A stretch of 64,000 nt of DNA. Source: Myxococcota bacterium. GTDB lineage: Bacteria > Myxococcota_A > UBA9042 > PHBI01 > JACKFB01. Numbering within the stretch: position 1 is the stretch's first letter; each line of letters begins with the position of its first letter. The stretch spans positions 9,454 through 73,453 of the forward strand of contig JBNJGB010000031.1 of assembly GCA_051747385.1 (NCBI GenBank), written 5' to 3'. The translations under genes were made by a program, and so were the position numbers. Of the stretch, positions 55,322-64,000 are shown piece by piece. Below the pieces are notes generated by a model. The model saw only the letters and a list, made by a program, of their open reading frames with translations. It ran no database searches and was not told where the DNA came from.

Positions 55322-56575
55322 CTATCCGGTCGCGCGCTCCGAGGCGACTTCGGTCGGCACCCGCCCGGCCTCCAGCGCGCGGACCACGTCGGCGACCAGG
55401 CGGTCGAGGCGACCGTCGGAGGCCAGGACCTCGGGCATGGTCACGGCGATGTCCGTGTGGTCCGGGCCGCCGCCCATGGCCATGAAGCAGGCCGTCGTCT
55501 CCGTGCCCGGCGGGATGAAGAAGCCCGTGGCGGCCTGGAACCCGGCGCCACGGTAGCGATCGAGGGGGAGGCGCCCCAGGTTGGACAGGACCGCCGTGGC
55601 ACCGTACCGCCGCCGGCGGTGCAGCTTGGCGGTGCCCCGATCCCCGACCACCCGCATGAGCCACAGGGGCACGCGCCCCAACACGGACGACGCGACCACC
55701 GAGTCCAGGTCGCGCCCGTCGCCGATCTGCCCGCGGATCTCGTCCGACAGGGAGACGACGGAGGAGTCGTCGGGCGCCGTCACGTCGATCATGCCCGTGA
55801 GGTTCGCCGTGCTTCGCGGGGCGTCCTCCGTCAGGCGGGGGCGGAGGTCGACGGGGATGGAGAAGCGGACATCCGCCTCCTCGCCGTCGTCGGCCGCGCG
55901 GTGGGCCCGGGCGGAGCGCGCCAGGGTGTCGGCGATGCGGGGCAGGAGCCTGGAGAAGCGCCCCGGCACCTTCACGCGCCGCCAGGTGACGCCGCCGCGG
56001 AGGCCGTCGGCCTCTCCGGTGGGGGCGAGGCAGTCCTCCTTCTGCCAACCCGGGTGGCTGCCCCCGAGGTCCCGCGCCAGCGCCAGGTCCGTCACGGTGG
56101 AGCGCGCGCCGACGGGCGCCTGTCCGCGGAGGGCGCGGAAGACGTCCTCGACCCAGATCATGGTGCCGCGGCCGTCCATGACGGCGTGGTGCGTCCGGAA
56201 GACGACCCGGGGGACGTCGCCGTGCACGAGGAGGACCTCGCAGGTGGGGCCGCCGAAGGGGGGCAGGGGATCGAGGAGGAACGGCGCGCCCTCGGGAGAG
56301 CCGGCGTCCCACGCGCTCCCGTCGGCGACGCGGACGGGAGGGGTCGTGCCGGAGTCGACCCAGCGCCGCCGGCCCCAGGGCCCGCGCACGACCAACCGCG
56401 CGCCGGGGTTGGCGGCCGAGGCGATCGCCACGGCCTCCTTCCAGGCCTCCCGGTCCAAGGCGCCCTGCCCGGGCTCGGCCTCCATCACGAGCTGGTTCAC
56501 GAAGGGCGGCCAGACGCCGTCCACGGCGATCCAGAGGCGCTCCACGGGTGCGATACGGCGTGTGAAGGGCTCCAT
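55322..56575 (-). CDS. Condensation-domain / WS-DGAT (PapA5-like) family acyltransferase
   Basis: HHAVMDGRG (HHxxxDG catalytic motif), about 417 aa, soluble. Confidence 0.6.
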   Translation of the reverse strand: MEPFTRRIAPVERLWIAVDGVWPPFVNQLVMEAEPGQGALDREAWKEAVAIASAANPGARLVVRGPWGRRRWVDSGTTPPVRVADGSAWDAGSPEGAPFLLDPLPPFGGPTCEVLLVHGDVPRVVFRTHHAVMDGRGTMIWVEDVFRALRGQAPVGARSTVTDLALARDLGGSHPGWQKEDCLAPTGEADGLRGGVTWRRVKVPGRFSRLLPRIADTLARSARAHRAADDGEEADVRFSIPVDLRPRLTEDAPRSTANLTGMIDVTAPDDSSVVSLSDEIRGQIGDGRDLDSVVASSVLGRVPLWLMRVVGDRGTAKLHRRRRYGATAVLSNLGRLPLDRYRGAGFQAATGFFIPPGTETTACFMAMGGGPDHTDIAVTMPEVLASDGRLDRLVADVVRALEAGRVPTEVASERATG

Positions 56576-56652
56576 CGGGCGACGCATCCCACACCTGCGG
56601 CCGGGACACAACCCGCAGGCGCGGCCGAGGTCGTCACCCGCCCGCTCCGCAG

Positions 56653-56934
56653 TCAGAGCAGCGGGTCGTCCTCGCCGGGCGGAGGCGCCGGGAGGTGCAT
56701 CATCAGGTACAGGCCCAGGGCGCCCGCGAGGCCCATGATCACCAGGGCGACGGGATAGAGCGTCGAGAACGGCGCCGCGTCGCGCAGGACCGCCGGCACG
56801 AGCTGGCCCACGACGAACAGGGCCATGGGCGCGAACCCGAGCAGCCGCCCGCGCCCCGTCGCGCGGCGGAGGTGGATCAAACCGCCGACGAAGGCGACGA
56901 CGAGGCTGACGAGCTCGACCACGGCTCCGAGCAT
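56653..56934 (-). CDS. Small membrane protein, hypothetical
   Basis: Three predicted TM helices in 93 aa. Confidence 0.35.
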   Translation of the reverse strand: MLGAVVELVSLVVAFVGGLIHLRRATGRGRLLGFAPMALFVVGQLVPAVLRDAAPFSTLYPVALVIMGLAGALGLYLMMHLPAPPPGEDDPLL

Positions 56935-57029
56935 GGAAGCCTCATACCACGCGGGCCTCCGCGTTGACACGACCACCCCGCTCCGACCACTCTCCAGCGT
57001 CCCAGACGCACGAACAGAAGGGGAAGACG

Positions 57030-57419
57030 ATGCGGATCAGGATCCTGCTCACGACGCTCATGCTCGCGATGGCCATGGCCCTCGGCGCCTGCGACAGCGA
57101 CGGCGACGGCACGTTGTCGCCGGGCGACTTCCAGGACAACGGGCGCTGCTCCCAGGACAACGCCGCGCAGCCATGCGACGGGGACTGCGCCTTCGACCCG
57201 GCCAGCATCGACTGCCAGGTGGCGTGTCAGCACGTGGCCGACGTCTGCGCCTCCGGGGAGTGCAACGCCCAGTGCGACGCCCAGAACCAGGACGTCCAGT
57301 CGTGTATCAGCGGCTGCGAGGGCGCCAAGTCCTTCAACTGCGGCAACGTCACCTTCGGCTGCTGGGCCTCGAGCGACACCTGCCAGGGCGTCTCGTCCTG
57401 CTTCCTGAACAACATGTAG
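57030..57419 (+). CDS. Small Cys-rich lipoprotein
   Basis: SD GAAGGGGAAGA; lipobox MALGAC; 16 Cys in 129 aa. Confidence 0.5.
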   Translation: MRIRILLTTLMLAMAMALGACDSDGDGTLSPGDFQDNGRCSQDNAAQPCDGDCAFDPASIDCQVACQHVADVCASGECNAQCDAQNQDVQSCISGCEGAKSFNCGNVTFGCWASSDTCQGVSSCFLNNM

Positions 57420-57444
57420 CGAGGCGCGCGGCCGGGCCCGGCGC

Positions 57445-59190
57445 TCAGCGGGCGTCGAGCCGGGCCGCGTCCCACGTCGACGGGTCGGAGACCAGTTCGC
57501 AGTCCACCGGCGGCACGCCCGCCGGGTTCCGGAACGGCGACCAGCAGTAGTCCATGACCGCCGCCATGTCCTCGGGGCGGATCAACTGGACGGCGCCGTC
57601 CTCCGTGGTCTCCTGGTGGGGCGGGCGGTACTCGTAGGAGCCGTCCGGGATGCTCCCGTCCCACAGGTCCCAGTGCGGCCACTCCGCGTACCGCTCGGCG
57701 GAGCGGCGATAGTACCTCTGCACCAGGCGGGCCTCCTCGCCGTTCAACGGATAGCCCAGGGCCGCCGCCTGCATCATGCTGGCCGCCAGGTCCCGGTCGT
57801 ACTTGTCCTGGGACTGGTTCAGGGTCGCCGGATCCCGGGCCATGTCGTGGGCATAGCGCCCGGCGAGTCCCTCGAGGAGCGCCCTCGCCGCGGCCCAGTC
57901 GCGGTGGATCAGCGCCTGGGCGATGGCCGCCAGGTGGTGCGAGCGGATGATCCAGATGTTGAAGTAGTGGATGTCGACGGCGATCTCCTCGTACTCGTTG
58001 CCCCAGCCGCCCTCGCCGCAGTCGTTGCCCCGGTCGTCGCCGTAGCCCAGGTAGGACACGGCCAGCTTGGCGTTGCACTCCGCGTTCGGGATGAACTCCT
58101 CCCAGCTCACGTAGCTGGAGATGTCCGTGTGGTCCTCCTTCATGGGGTCCTCGTCGGTCCCGGGGCGATAGGGCTGTCCGTCCTCGTCCTTCGAGCGGAT
58201 GTAGTAGCCGCTGTCGACCACGTCCCGGCCGAAGTCCTGCAGGAGGTCGTAGGCCTCCGCGCAGGCCGCCTGCACCTCGCCGTCCGTGCGCTCGACGGCG
58301 TAGGCGACGGTGGTGGCCACCCGGAGGATGCGCGACACGTCGTCCTTGGACCGGAGCGCCGTCACCCACACCTCGCCCCAGTAGGGGTTGTCCGGGTAAT
58401 GATAGCGGCACGTGTTCCAGCGGCAGCCCTCCCGGTGCCAGTTCTCGTAATCCACGACCTTCTCGCGCCCGTCGTGCGTCGTGTACGTGTGGCTGAACGG
58501 GATGACGTTGCGCCCCATGATGTGGTCGATGGGGTCGTCCTCGTCGTAGACCATGCCGAGCATGGTGGCGCTGACGCCCTTGCAGTACTGCTCGGCGAGG
58601 GTCCCCATGGTCTCGTCGCCGGTCAGCAGGTAGCCGGCGATGTTCGACGCCAGCAGCTTCGACGTGCGCGTCATCATGTTGTGGCCGCCGCCCGCCGGAT
58701 CCTCCCTCTCGTGGACGATGGTCACCACGTCCCCCTCCTTCCGGGCGTGGGTCGTCGTCCACCACGCCGAGAAGTCGCGCTTGCCGGTGGACTCGTGCAC
58801 GCCGTGGCTGATGCGGAGCAGCCAGTCGAAGTAGCCCACGCGGTCGTAGAAGGCCGTGATCGTGCGCGTCACCTCCCCGGTCTCCTCGGACGTCGGCGGG
58901 TCGTCACCGGCCGGCCGCTCGAGCTCGAAGCCCAGGTCGGTGGGCAGGGTGTCCGGCTCCGGGACCTCGGCGTCCGCGTCGGTCGCCGTCGTGTCGGCCA
59001 CGTCCGGGCCGGTGTCGTCGACGGCGTCCGCGTCGGTCGCCGTGTCGGGACCGTCCGCGTCGGCGCTCACGTCCTGCACTCCCGTCGCGTCCGTCGCGTC
59101 GGGGTCGGCCGCGGCCTCCCCGCCGTCGCCACCGCACGCGCACGCCAGGACGGCCGCCAGGACACACGTCGCCTTCAGTCTCACGCTCAT
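57445..59190 (-). CDS. Secreted lipoprotein with D/T-rich linker, hypothetical
   Basis: Lipobox VLACACGG; low-complexity DATDATG linker then about 470-aa globular region with no recognised family. Confidence 0.5.
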   Translation of the reverse strand: MSVRLKATCVLAAVLACACGGDGGEAAADPDATDATGVQDVSADADGPDTATDADAVDDTGPDVADTTATDADAEVPEPDTLPTDLGFELERPAGDDPPTSEETGEVTRTITAFYDRVGYFDWLLRISHGVHESTGKRDFSAWWTTTHARKEGDVVTIVHEREDPAGGGHNMMTRTSKLLASNIAGYLLTGDETMGTLAEQYCKGVSATMLGMVYDEDDPIDHIMGRNVIPFSHTYTTHDGREKVVDYENWHREGCRWNTCRYHYPDNPYWGEVWVTALRSKDDVSRILRVATTVAYAVERTDGEVQAACAEAYDLLQDFGRDVVDSGYYIRSKDEDGQPYRPGTDEDPMKEDHTDISSYVSWEEFIPNAECNAKLAVSYLGYGDDRGNDCGEGGWGNEYEEIAVDIHYFNIWIIRSHHLAAIAQALIHRDWAAARALLEGLAGRYAHDMARDPATLNQSQDKYDRDLAASMMQAAALGYPLNGEEARLVQRYYRRSAERYAEWPHWDLWDGSIPDGSYEYRPPHQETTEDGAVQLIRPEDMAAVMDYCWSPFRNPAGVPPVDCELVSDPSTWDAARLDAR

Positions 59191-59345
59191 GGCTCTCTCC
59201 CCGCCACGGCTCCCCCGCGGCGCCGCCAGCGTAGGGGACCCGCTGTGTGCGTCCAAGCCGGTATCCACCGCTTCGGGGGGATGGACGTGACCTGCCCGGG
59301 TCGGATCGCTATCGTGCCGCCGCGCCCCGAGCGCGGGAGGACGAG

Positions 59346-60509
59346 ATGAAGACAGGTGTCGCGGGTTGGCTGGCGTTGGCGATGCTCGGAGCCGTGGCGT
59401 GCTCCGGGGACGGCGGATCCGGGGAGACCGCGCCGGACACCGCCGAGGACACGACCACGGGCGAGCACGACGCCTCGCCGGACGGGACGAACGCCCCGGA
59501 CGGCACCGACGCGGGCCCGGACCGGAGCGACTGGTGCCAGGGCCCGGTCGACTGCGCCGCCCCGACGCCGTTCTGCGATCCGGGCACCGGCGACTGCGTG
59601 GGCTGCCTGTTCGACCTCCACTGCGAGTCGAACGAGCGGTGCGTGGACACCACGTGCCGGCCCGAGAGCGTCTGCGACGAGCCCGGCGTGGACTGCGAGG
59701 CCGCCGCCGCGCCCCCGTGCGAGGACGACTGCTTCCCGTGCGAGGCGGATTCGTGGTGCCCGGGGATATATCACTGCGAGGATGGGCGCTGCGTCCTCGA
59801 TCGATGTCACCAGGACGAGGGGACCTGCACCGACGACGGCCTGATCGCCTGCAACGAGCGGGGCGACGGCTGGATCGAGGCCACGCCCTGCCCCGACAAG
59901 CACACCTGCGTCCAGGACGGCTGGGCGGGCTCCTGCGAGGAGTGGAAGTGCGAGCCTGGCGGGACCTGCCAGGGCGAGGACCTGATCGTCTGCCGCGAGG
60001 ACGGCCTCGAGGTCCTGGAGTCCGTGGACTGCGAAGACGAGGGCGCCCTCTGCAAGCACGGCGAGTGCGTGCCCATCGTCTGCGAGGCCGGGGAGGATTT
60101 CTGCGACGAGGAGGCCCTGGGCCGGAAGTTCGCCTGCTCGGACGACGGGACCGAGATCGTCGACAAGGGCCCCTGCCAGCCGCTGACCTTCTGCCTGTCG
60201 GGCCAGTGCGTGCCCCAGGCCTGCCAGCCCGGCGAGCCCACCTGCAACTTCGACAGCGTCGCCACCTGCGACGAGTTCGGCTCGGGCCCCGTGGACGAGG
60301 GCACGCCCTGCGGCGAGGACGAGGTGTGCGTGAAGGGCGCCTGCGAGGAGGTCGTCTGCGAGCCGAATTCGTTCTTCTGCACCGACGACCAGAAGGCCCT
60401 GGCCGAGTGCAACCCCACCGGCACGGACTTCACCGCCACGGCCTGCCCCACCGGGACGACGTGCCGGGACAACGAGAACCTCCCGGACGGACCGGGCTGC
60501 TCCGGATAG
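59346..60509 (+). CDS. Cys-rich repeat lipoprotein (myxobacterial cysteine-rich repeat type)
   Basis: Lipobox AVACSG; about 10 tandem repeats of the C-x-D/E-G-x-C-V-x-x-x-C type. Confidence 0.6.
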   Translation: MKTGVAGWLALAMLGAVACSGDGGSGETAPDTAEDTTTGEHDASPDGTNAPDGTDAGPDRSDWCQGPVDCAAPTPFCDPGTGDCVGCLFDLHCESNERCVDTTCRPESVCDEPGVDCEAAAAPPCEDDCFPCEADSWCPGIYHCEDGRCVLDRCHQDEGTCTDDGLIACNERGDGWIEATPCPDKHTCVQDGWAGSCEEWKCEPGGTCQGEDLIVCREDGLEVLESVDCEDEGALCKHGECVPIVCEAGEDFCDEEALGRKFACSDDGTEIVDKGPCQPLTFCLSGQCVPQACQPGEPTCNFDSVATCDEFGSGPVDEGTPCGEDEVCVKGACEEVVCEPNSFFCTDDQKALAECNPTGTDFTATACPTGTTCRDNENLPDGPGCSG

Positions 60510-60513
60510 GGTC

Positions 60514-62874
60514 TCAGGGGGCCGGCGTCAGGAACTTCGCGACGATCCGCTTCTCGACGCCGCCGGCGAAGCGGACCCGGACGCGGGCGGACGGCCCCGA
60601 GCCCGACAGGTCCACGACCTTCCCCTCCCCGAACGTCGGGTGGAAGACCGGCGCGCCGGGACCCAGGATGAACTCCTCCTGGCTGAAGCTCTCGTAGTCC
60701 GGCATCGCCTGGGAGAAGTCCGGCGCCGGGGCCGGGCGCTCGCGCTTGGGGCGGCGACGGACGGTGGACCGGGTCGGCCGCGGGAAGTCATCGAAGAAGG
60801 CGCCCCGGTGGTGGCCGCCCAGGTCCGGCTGGACGCACTCCCCGGGCAGATCCTCCAGGAACGGGCTGGCGATGGCCGCCTGGATGGTCCCGAACCTCCG
60901 CCGGTACTCGGCGTGGCTCAGGTGGAGGTGATGCCGCGCGCGGGTCATGGCCACGTAGGTCAGGCGCCGCTCCTCCTCCTGGCCGTGGCCCGTCGGGTCG
61001 TCGATGGCGTTGAAGTGCGGCAGCAGGCCGTGCTCCAGGCCCGTGAGGAAGACGACGTCGAACTCCAGGCCCTTCGCCGTGTGCGCCGACATCATCACCA
61101 CCGCGTCGTCCTCGAGCTCTGCGCGGTCGATGTCGGCCACCAGGGCCACCTGCTCCAGGAAGCCGGCCAGGGTCGAGTCCCCGGTGCGGTCCTGGTACTC
61201 GTCGATGGCGTTCAGGAGCTCGTGGAGGTTCTCGATGCGGGCGTCCGCCTCGGGCGTGCCCTCGGCTCGGAGGCGCTCGATGTAGCCGATGCGCTCGAGG
61301 GTCGCCTGGGCCGCCGCCAGGCCGCTGCCGGACTCCGCGACGCGCATCAGCTCCTCGACCAGGTCCACGAACGGGCGCAGCTTCTTCTGCATCCCCTTCG
61401 TGCCCGTGGCCGCCACGTTCCGGCACGCGTCCCACATGCTCACGCCGGCCTCGACGGCGTGGCCGCGGATGCGCTCGACGGTCCTGGCCCCGATGCCGCG
61501 CGTGGGCGTGTTGATGATGCGCTCCAGGCTCACCGCGTCGGACGGGTTCACCAGCACCCGCAGGTACGCCATGAGGTCCTTCACCTCGGCGCGCTCGTAG
61601 AACTTCAGCCCGCCGATGATGACGTAGGGGATGCGGTGCTGCCGGAGCGCGTCCTCGATGGCGCGGCTCTGGGCGTGGGTGCGGTAGAATACGGCCATCT
61701 CGCGCAGGGGGTGGCGATCCCGCAGCGCCTCGACCCGCTTCGCGATGTACTCCGCCTCCGCCGTGTCCGTGGCCGCCGTGTGCAGGCGGATGGGCGCGCC
61801 GGCCTCCCGCTCCGTCCAGAGCTTCTTGTCGTGGCGGGTGCGGTTTTTGCGGATCAGCTCGCCCGCCGCCTCGAGGATGTTGGCCGAGGAGCGGTAGTTC
61901 TGCTCCAGACGGATGACGGTCGTGTCGGGGAACTCGTCCTCGAAGCCGAGGATGTTCTCCACCTCCGCGCCGCGCCACCGGTAGATACTCTGGTCGTCGT
62001 CGCCCACGACGCAGATGCGGCTCGCGTCGTTCAGCACCGCCTTGAGCAGGTCGTACTGGACCTTGTTGGTGTCCTGGAACTCGTCGACGAGGATGTACTT
62101 CCAGCGCTGCTTGAACTCGCTGGCGATGACCGGGTACTCGCGCACCAGCAGCAGCGGCAGCAGGATGAGATCGCCGAAGTCCACGGCCCCGGACTCGCGC
62201 ATCCGCTGCTCGTAGAGCTTGTACGCCTTCAGGAGCGGGTCGTGGGGGTCCAGGCGCCGCGCGTCCTGCTCCTTCGCCGGCGTCCGGCCGCGCTGCTTCG
62301 CCCGGTTGATGAACTTCTGGACCTGCTTCGGGTCGATGGCGTCCTTGGAGTAGTTCAGCTCCTTCAGGACGCGCTTCACCATCGCCTTCTGGTCGTCCTG
62401 GTCGTAGATGGTGAAGCGCGGGTCCACGCCGATGGACTGCCCGTGTCGCCGCAGGATCTGCACGCCGATGCGGTGGAAGGTCCCGAGCCAGAGGTCCTCG
62501 GTGTTCTCCGGGCCGATCAGCTCCGTGCAGCGCTCCTTCATCTCCCGGGCGGCCTTGTTGGTGAAGGTCACGGCAAGGATGTTCCACGGCGCGTAGCCTT
62601 CTCGCCCCACGAGCCAGGCGATCTTGTGCGTGATCGCCCGGGTCTTGCCGGAGCCGGCCCCCGCCAGGATCAGGACGGGGCCGTCGTTGGCGAGGACGGC
62701 GTCGCGCTGGGGGGCGTTGAGGCCGGAGAGGATGGGATCGTCTTCGTGCAAGGCATGCTCGGGGCTCGGGCGGCGGGTCCGGCCGAACGTGGCAACGGTC
62801 GGGGTCGTCGTCAAGGCTCGCGCCGGGCACCCCGACACGCCGCGGTGCGCGCTTCGTGCAGCCCCTGGGAACAC
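60514..62874 (-). CDS. UvrD/PcrA/Rep-family ATP-dependent DNA helicase
   Basis: GLNAPQRDAV, Walker A AGAGSGKT, TFTNKAAREM, DEFQDTN, YRS motifs; true start may be TTG at 62751 rather than ATG 62874. Confidence 0.85.
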   Translation of the reverse strand: MFPGAARSAHRGVSGCPARALTTTPTVATFGRTRRPSPEHALHEDDPILSGLNAPQRDAVLANDGPVLILAGAGSGKTRAITHKIAWLVGREGYAPWNILAVTFTNKAAREMKERCTELIGPENTEDLWLGTFHRIGVQILRRHGQSIGVDPRFTIYDQDDQKAMVKRVLKELNYSKDAIDPKQVQKFINRAKQRGRTPAKEQDARRLDPHDPLLKAYKLYEQRMRESGAVDFGDLILLPLLLVREYPVIASEFKQRWKYILVDEFQDTNKVQYDLLKAVLNDASRICVVGDDDQSIYRWRGAEVENILGFEDEFPDTTVIRLEQNYRSSANILEAAGELIRKNRTRHDKKLWTEREAGAPIRLHTAATDTAEAEYIAKRVEALRDRHPLREMAVFYRTHAQSRAIEDALRQHRIPYVIIGGLKFYERAEVKDLMAYLRVLVNPSDAVSLERIINTPTRGIGARTVERIRGHAVEAGVSMWDACRNVAATGTKGMQKKLRPFVDLVEELMRVAESGSGLAAAQATLERIGYIERLRAEGTPEADARIENLHELLNAIDEYQDRTGDSTLAGFLEQVALVADIDRAELEDDAVVMMSAHTAKGLEFDVVFLTGLEHGLLPHFNAIDDPTGHGQEEERRLTYVAMTRARHHLHLSHAEYRRRFGTIQAAIASPFLEDLPGECVQPDLGGHHRGAFFDDFPRPTRSTVRRRPKRERPAPAPDFSQAMPDYESFSQEEFILGPGAPVFHPTFGEGKVVDLSGSGPSARVRVRFAGGVEKRIVAKFLTPAP

Positions 62875-63148
62875 TGGGACACTCCGGCCGAGGAGGGCGA
62901 CTTGGAGCAGCGAGGTCCTTCGCGTAGTGCTCGACCACTGGAGGCCGACGTGGTCATGGCTTCACGACGCCGAGGAGGCCGGAGGGAGTACACGCCGAAG
63001 ACGCGGGTGCATCCCGAGTGGCGACCATCGGAGGATGGAGAGGTCGGGCCAGCCACGTGGCGACCGCGCGGTCTCACGGCGTGGGGCCGGGCGGTTGTCC
63101 CCCGGACCTGTCGCCTCCTACTCTCTCGGCAGCTGGTGCCGCGACCCG

Positions 63149-64000
63149 GAGGTGCGACGTGGTCGAAGGAGGAAGGACGACCCTCGCGGGCGCCGCCGCG
63201 CTCGCCCTGGCCCTCGCGACCGTCGGCTGTGACGACTCCGGAGCCACGGAGGCCGCGCCCGACGCCGACGCCACCCAGGACGTCGCCGCGGACGTGGCGC
63301 GGGAGGTCGGAGGACCGGACGTCGACGACGCGGACACGATCCTGGCGCAGGACGCCGACGTCACGGACGCGGGCGACGCGACAGCCGACGCGGACGCCTC
63401 CGAGCCCGCCCCGGACCCTCCGCCGGGCCCCGGCTGGCACCGCCGGGGCGCATTCATCGTCGACGCGCAGGGCCGGACGATCGTGCTCCACGGCGTGAAC
63501 GCCTCCAACGACGCCAAGTGGGACGAGGAGCGCCTGCCCTGGCAGGGTCCGGAGGACTTCCAGGACCTGGCCGACGCCGGCTTCGACAACGTCCGGCTGC
63601 TCACGTTCTGGGCCGCGATCATGCCGGAGGAGGGCGTCGTCGACGACGACTACCTGGACGCCTACGCCCAGCGCGTCCAATGGGCCGCCGACGCCGGGCT
63701 CACGATCATCGTGGACATGCACCAGGACATCTACGGCTACGGGTTCGGGGGCAACGGCGCGCCAGCCTGGAGCTGCGACCAGGAGCACTACGACGCCTAC
63801 GAGTCCACCTCCCCCTGGTGGATGAACTACACGAACGAGCACGTGCGGGCCTGCTTCGACCACCTGGTCGACGACGACGCCACGTTCCAGCACTTCGCGG
63901 ACGCGTGGGTGGCCATGGCGGACCGGGTGGGCGACCACCCCGATGTCGTCGGCTTCGACCTCATGAACGAGCCGAACTGGGGCTCCTACGACGTCCTCGA
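63149..64000 (+). CDS. Glycoside hydrolase family 5 (cellulase-like) lipoprotein, 3'-truncated by window end
   Basis: Signal peptide ALALALATVGC; GH5 motifs (DMHQD, LMNEP with catalytic Glu); start tentative (GTG 63149). Confidence 0.65.

Noticed and set aside
62624-63232. 202-aa plus-strand ORF between the helicase and GH5 genes
   Set aside because: It overlaps the helicase N-terminus antisense and has an R-rich composition. The GH5 lipoprotein start is better placed at about 63149.

Overview
This is a 64 kb, very GC-rich (about 70%) chromosomal segment whose gene content points to Myxococcota: many Cys-rich and 'GGDGG' lipoproteins, PEGA-domain proteins, a eukaryote-like Ser/Thr kinase and FGE-sulfatase-family proteins. 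At this GC content nearly every region gives long stop-free antisense frames (R/G/P-rich). Genes were therefore called only where a frame carries recognisable family motifs, signal peptides, SD-spaced starts or operon logic. Confidently called content, in order: a plsC-like acyltransferase and a NUDIX hydrolase; a minus-strand MoxR/DUF58/BatA-VWA aerotolerance-like operon extended by a TPR-HExxH protein and a DUF4175-like coiled-coil giant; an ECF sigma/anti-sigma operon with PEGA and FGE-sulfatase proteins convergent on a Ser/Thr kinase; several lipoproteins; a DprE2-like SDR, DprE1-like FAD oxidase and DedA-family trio; menB; a nitrate-reductase region (napD-napA-tandem NapB-napG) divergent from a cytochrome c/4Fe-4S/NrfD quinol-dehydrogenase module; an AAA ATPase; a thioredoxin-CcdA fusion; a cold-shock protein; an ADP-ribosylglycohydrolase; a MaoC/FabG4-like/thiolase trio (htdX-fabG4-fadA2-like); a diacylglycerol-kinase-family gene; a WS/DGAT-like acyltransferase; a UvrD-family helicase; and a partial GH5 gene. 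The most unusual locus is a translationally coupled three-gene module (40863-46064) encoding four radical-SAM domains (one cobalamin-binding class-B type fused to a SPASM-type domain, two more SPASM/twitch-type domains) plus a class I methyltransferase, with no obvious precursor peptide; this looks like an undescribed radical-SAM tailoring system. Also notable are two families of about 150-260 nt intergenic repeat elements (R1, R2) whose inverted R2 copies bracket a 2.4 kb three-gene cassette (orf100, STAS-like, DAGK), inverted hexanucleotide microsatellites bracketing the MoxR operon, and a tandem palindromic operator overlapping the AAA ATPase start. No rRNA, tRNA, CRISPR array, transposase or integrase was detected. 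All functional assignments rest on motif-level recognition by eye and need HMM or BLAST confirmation.
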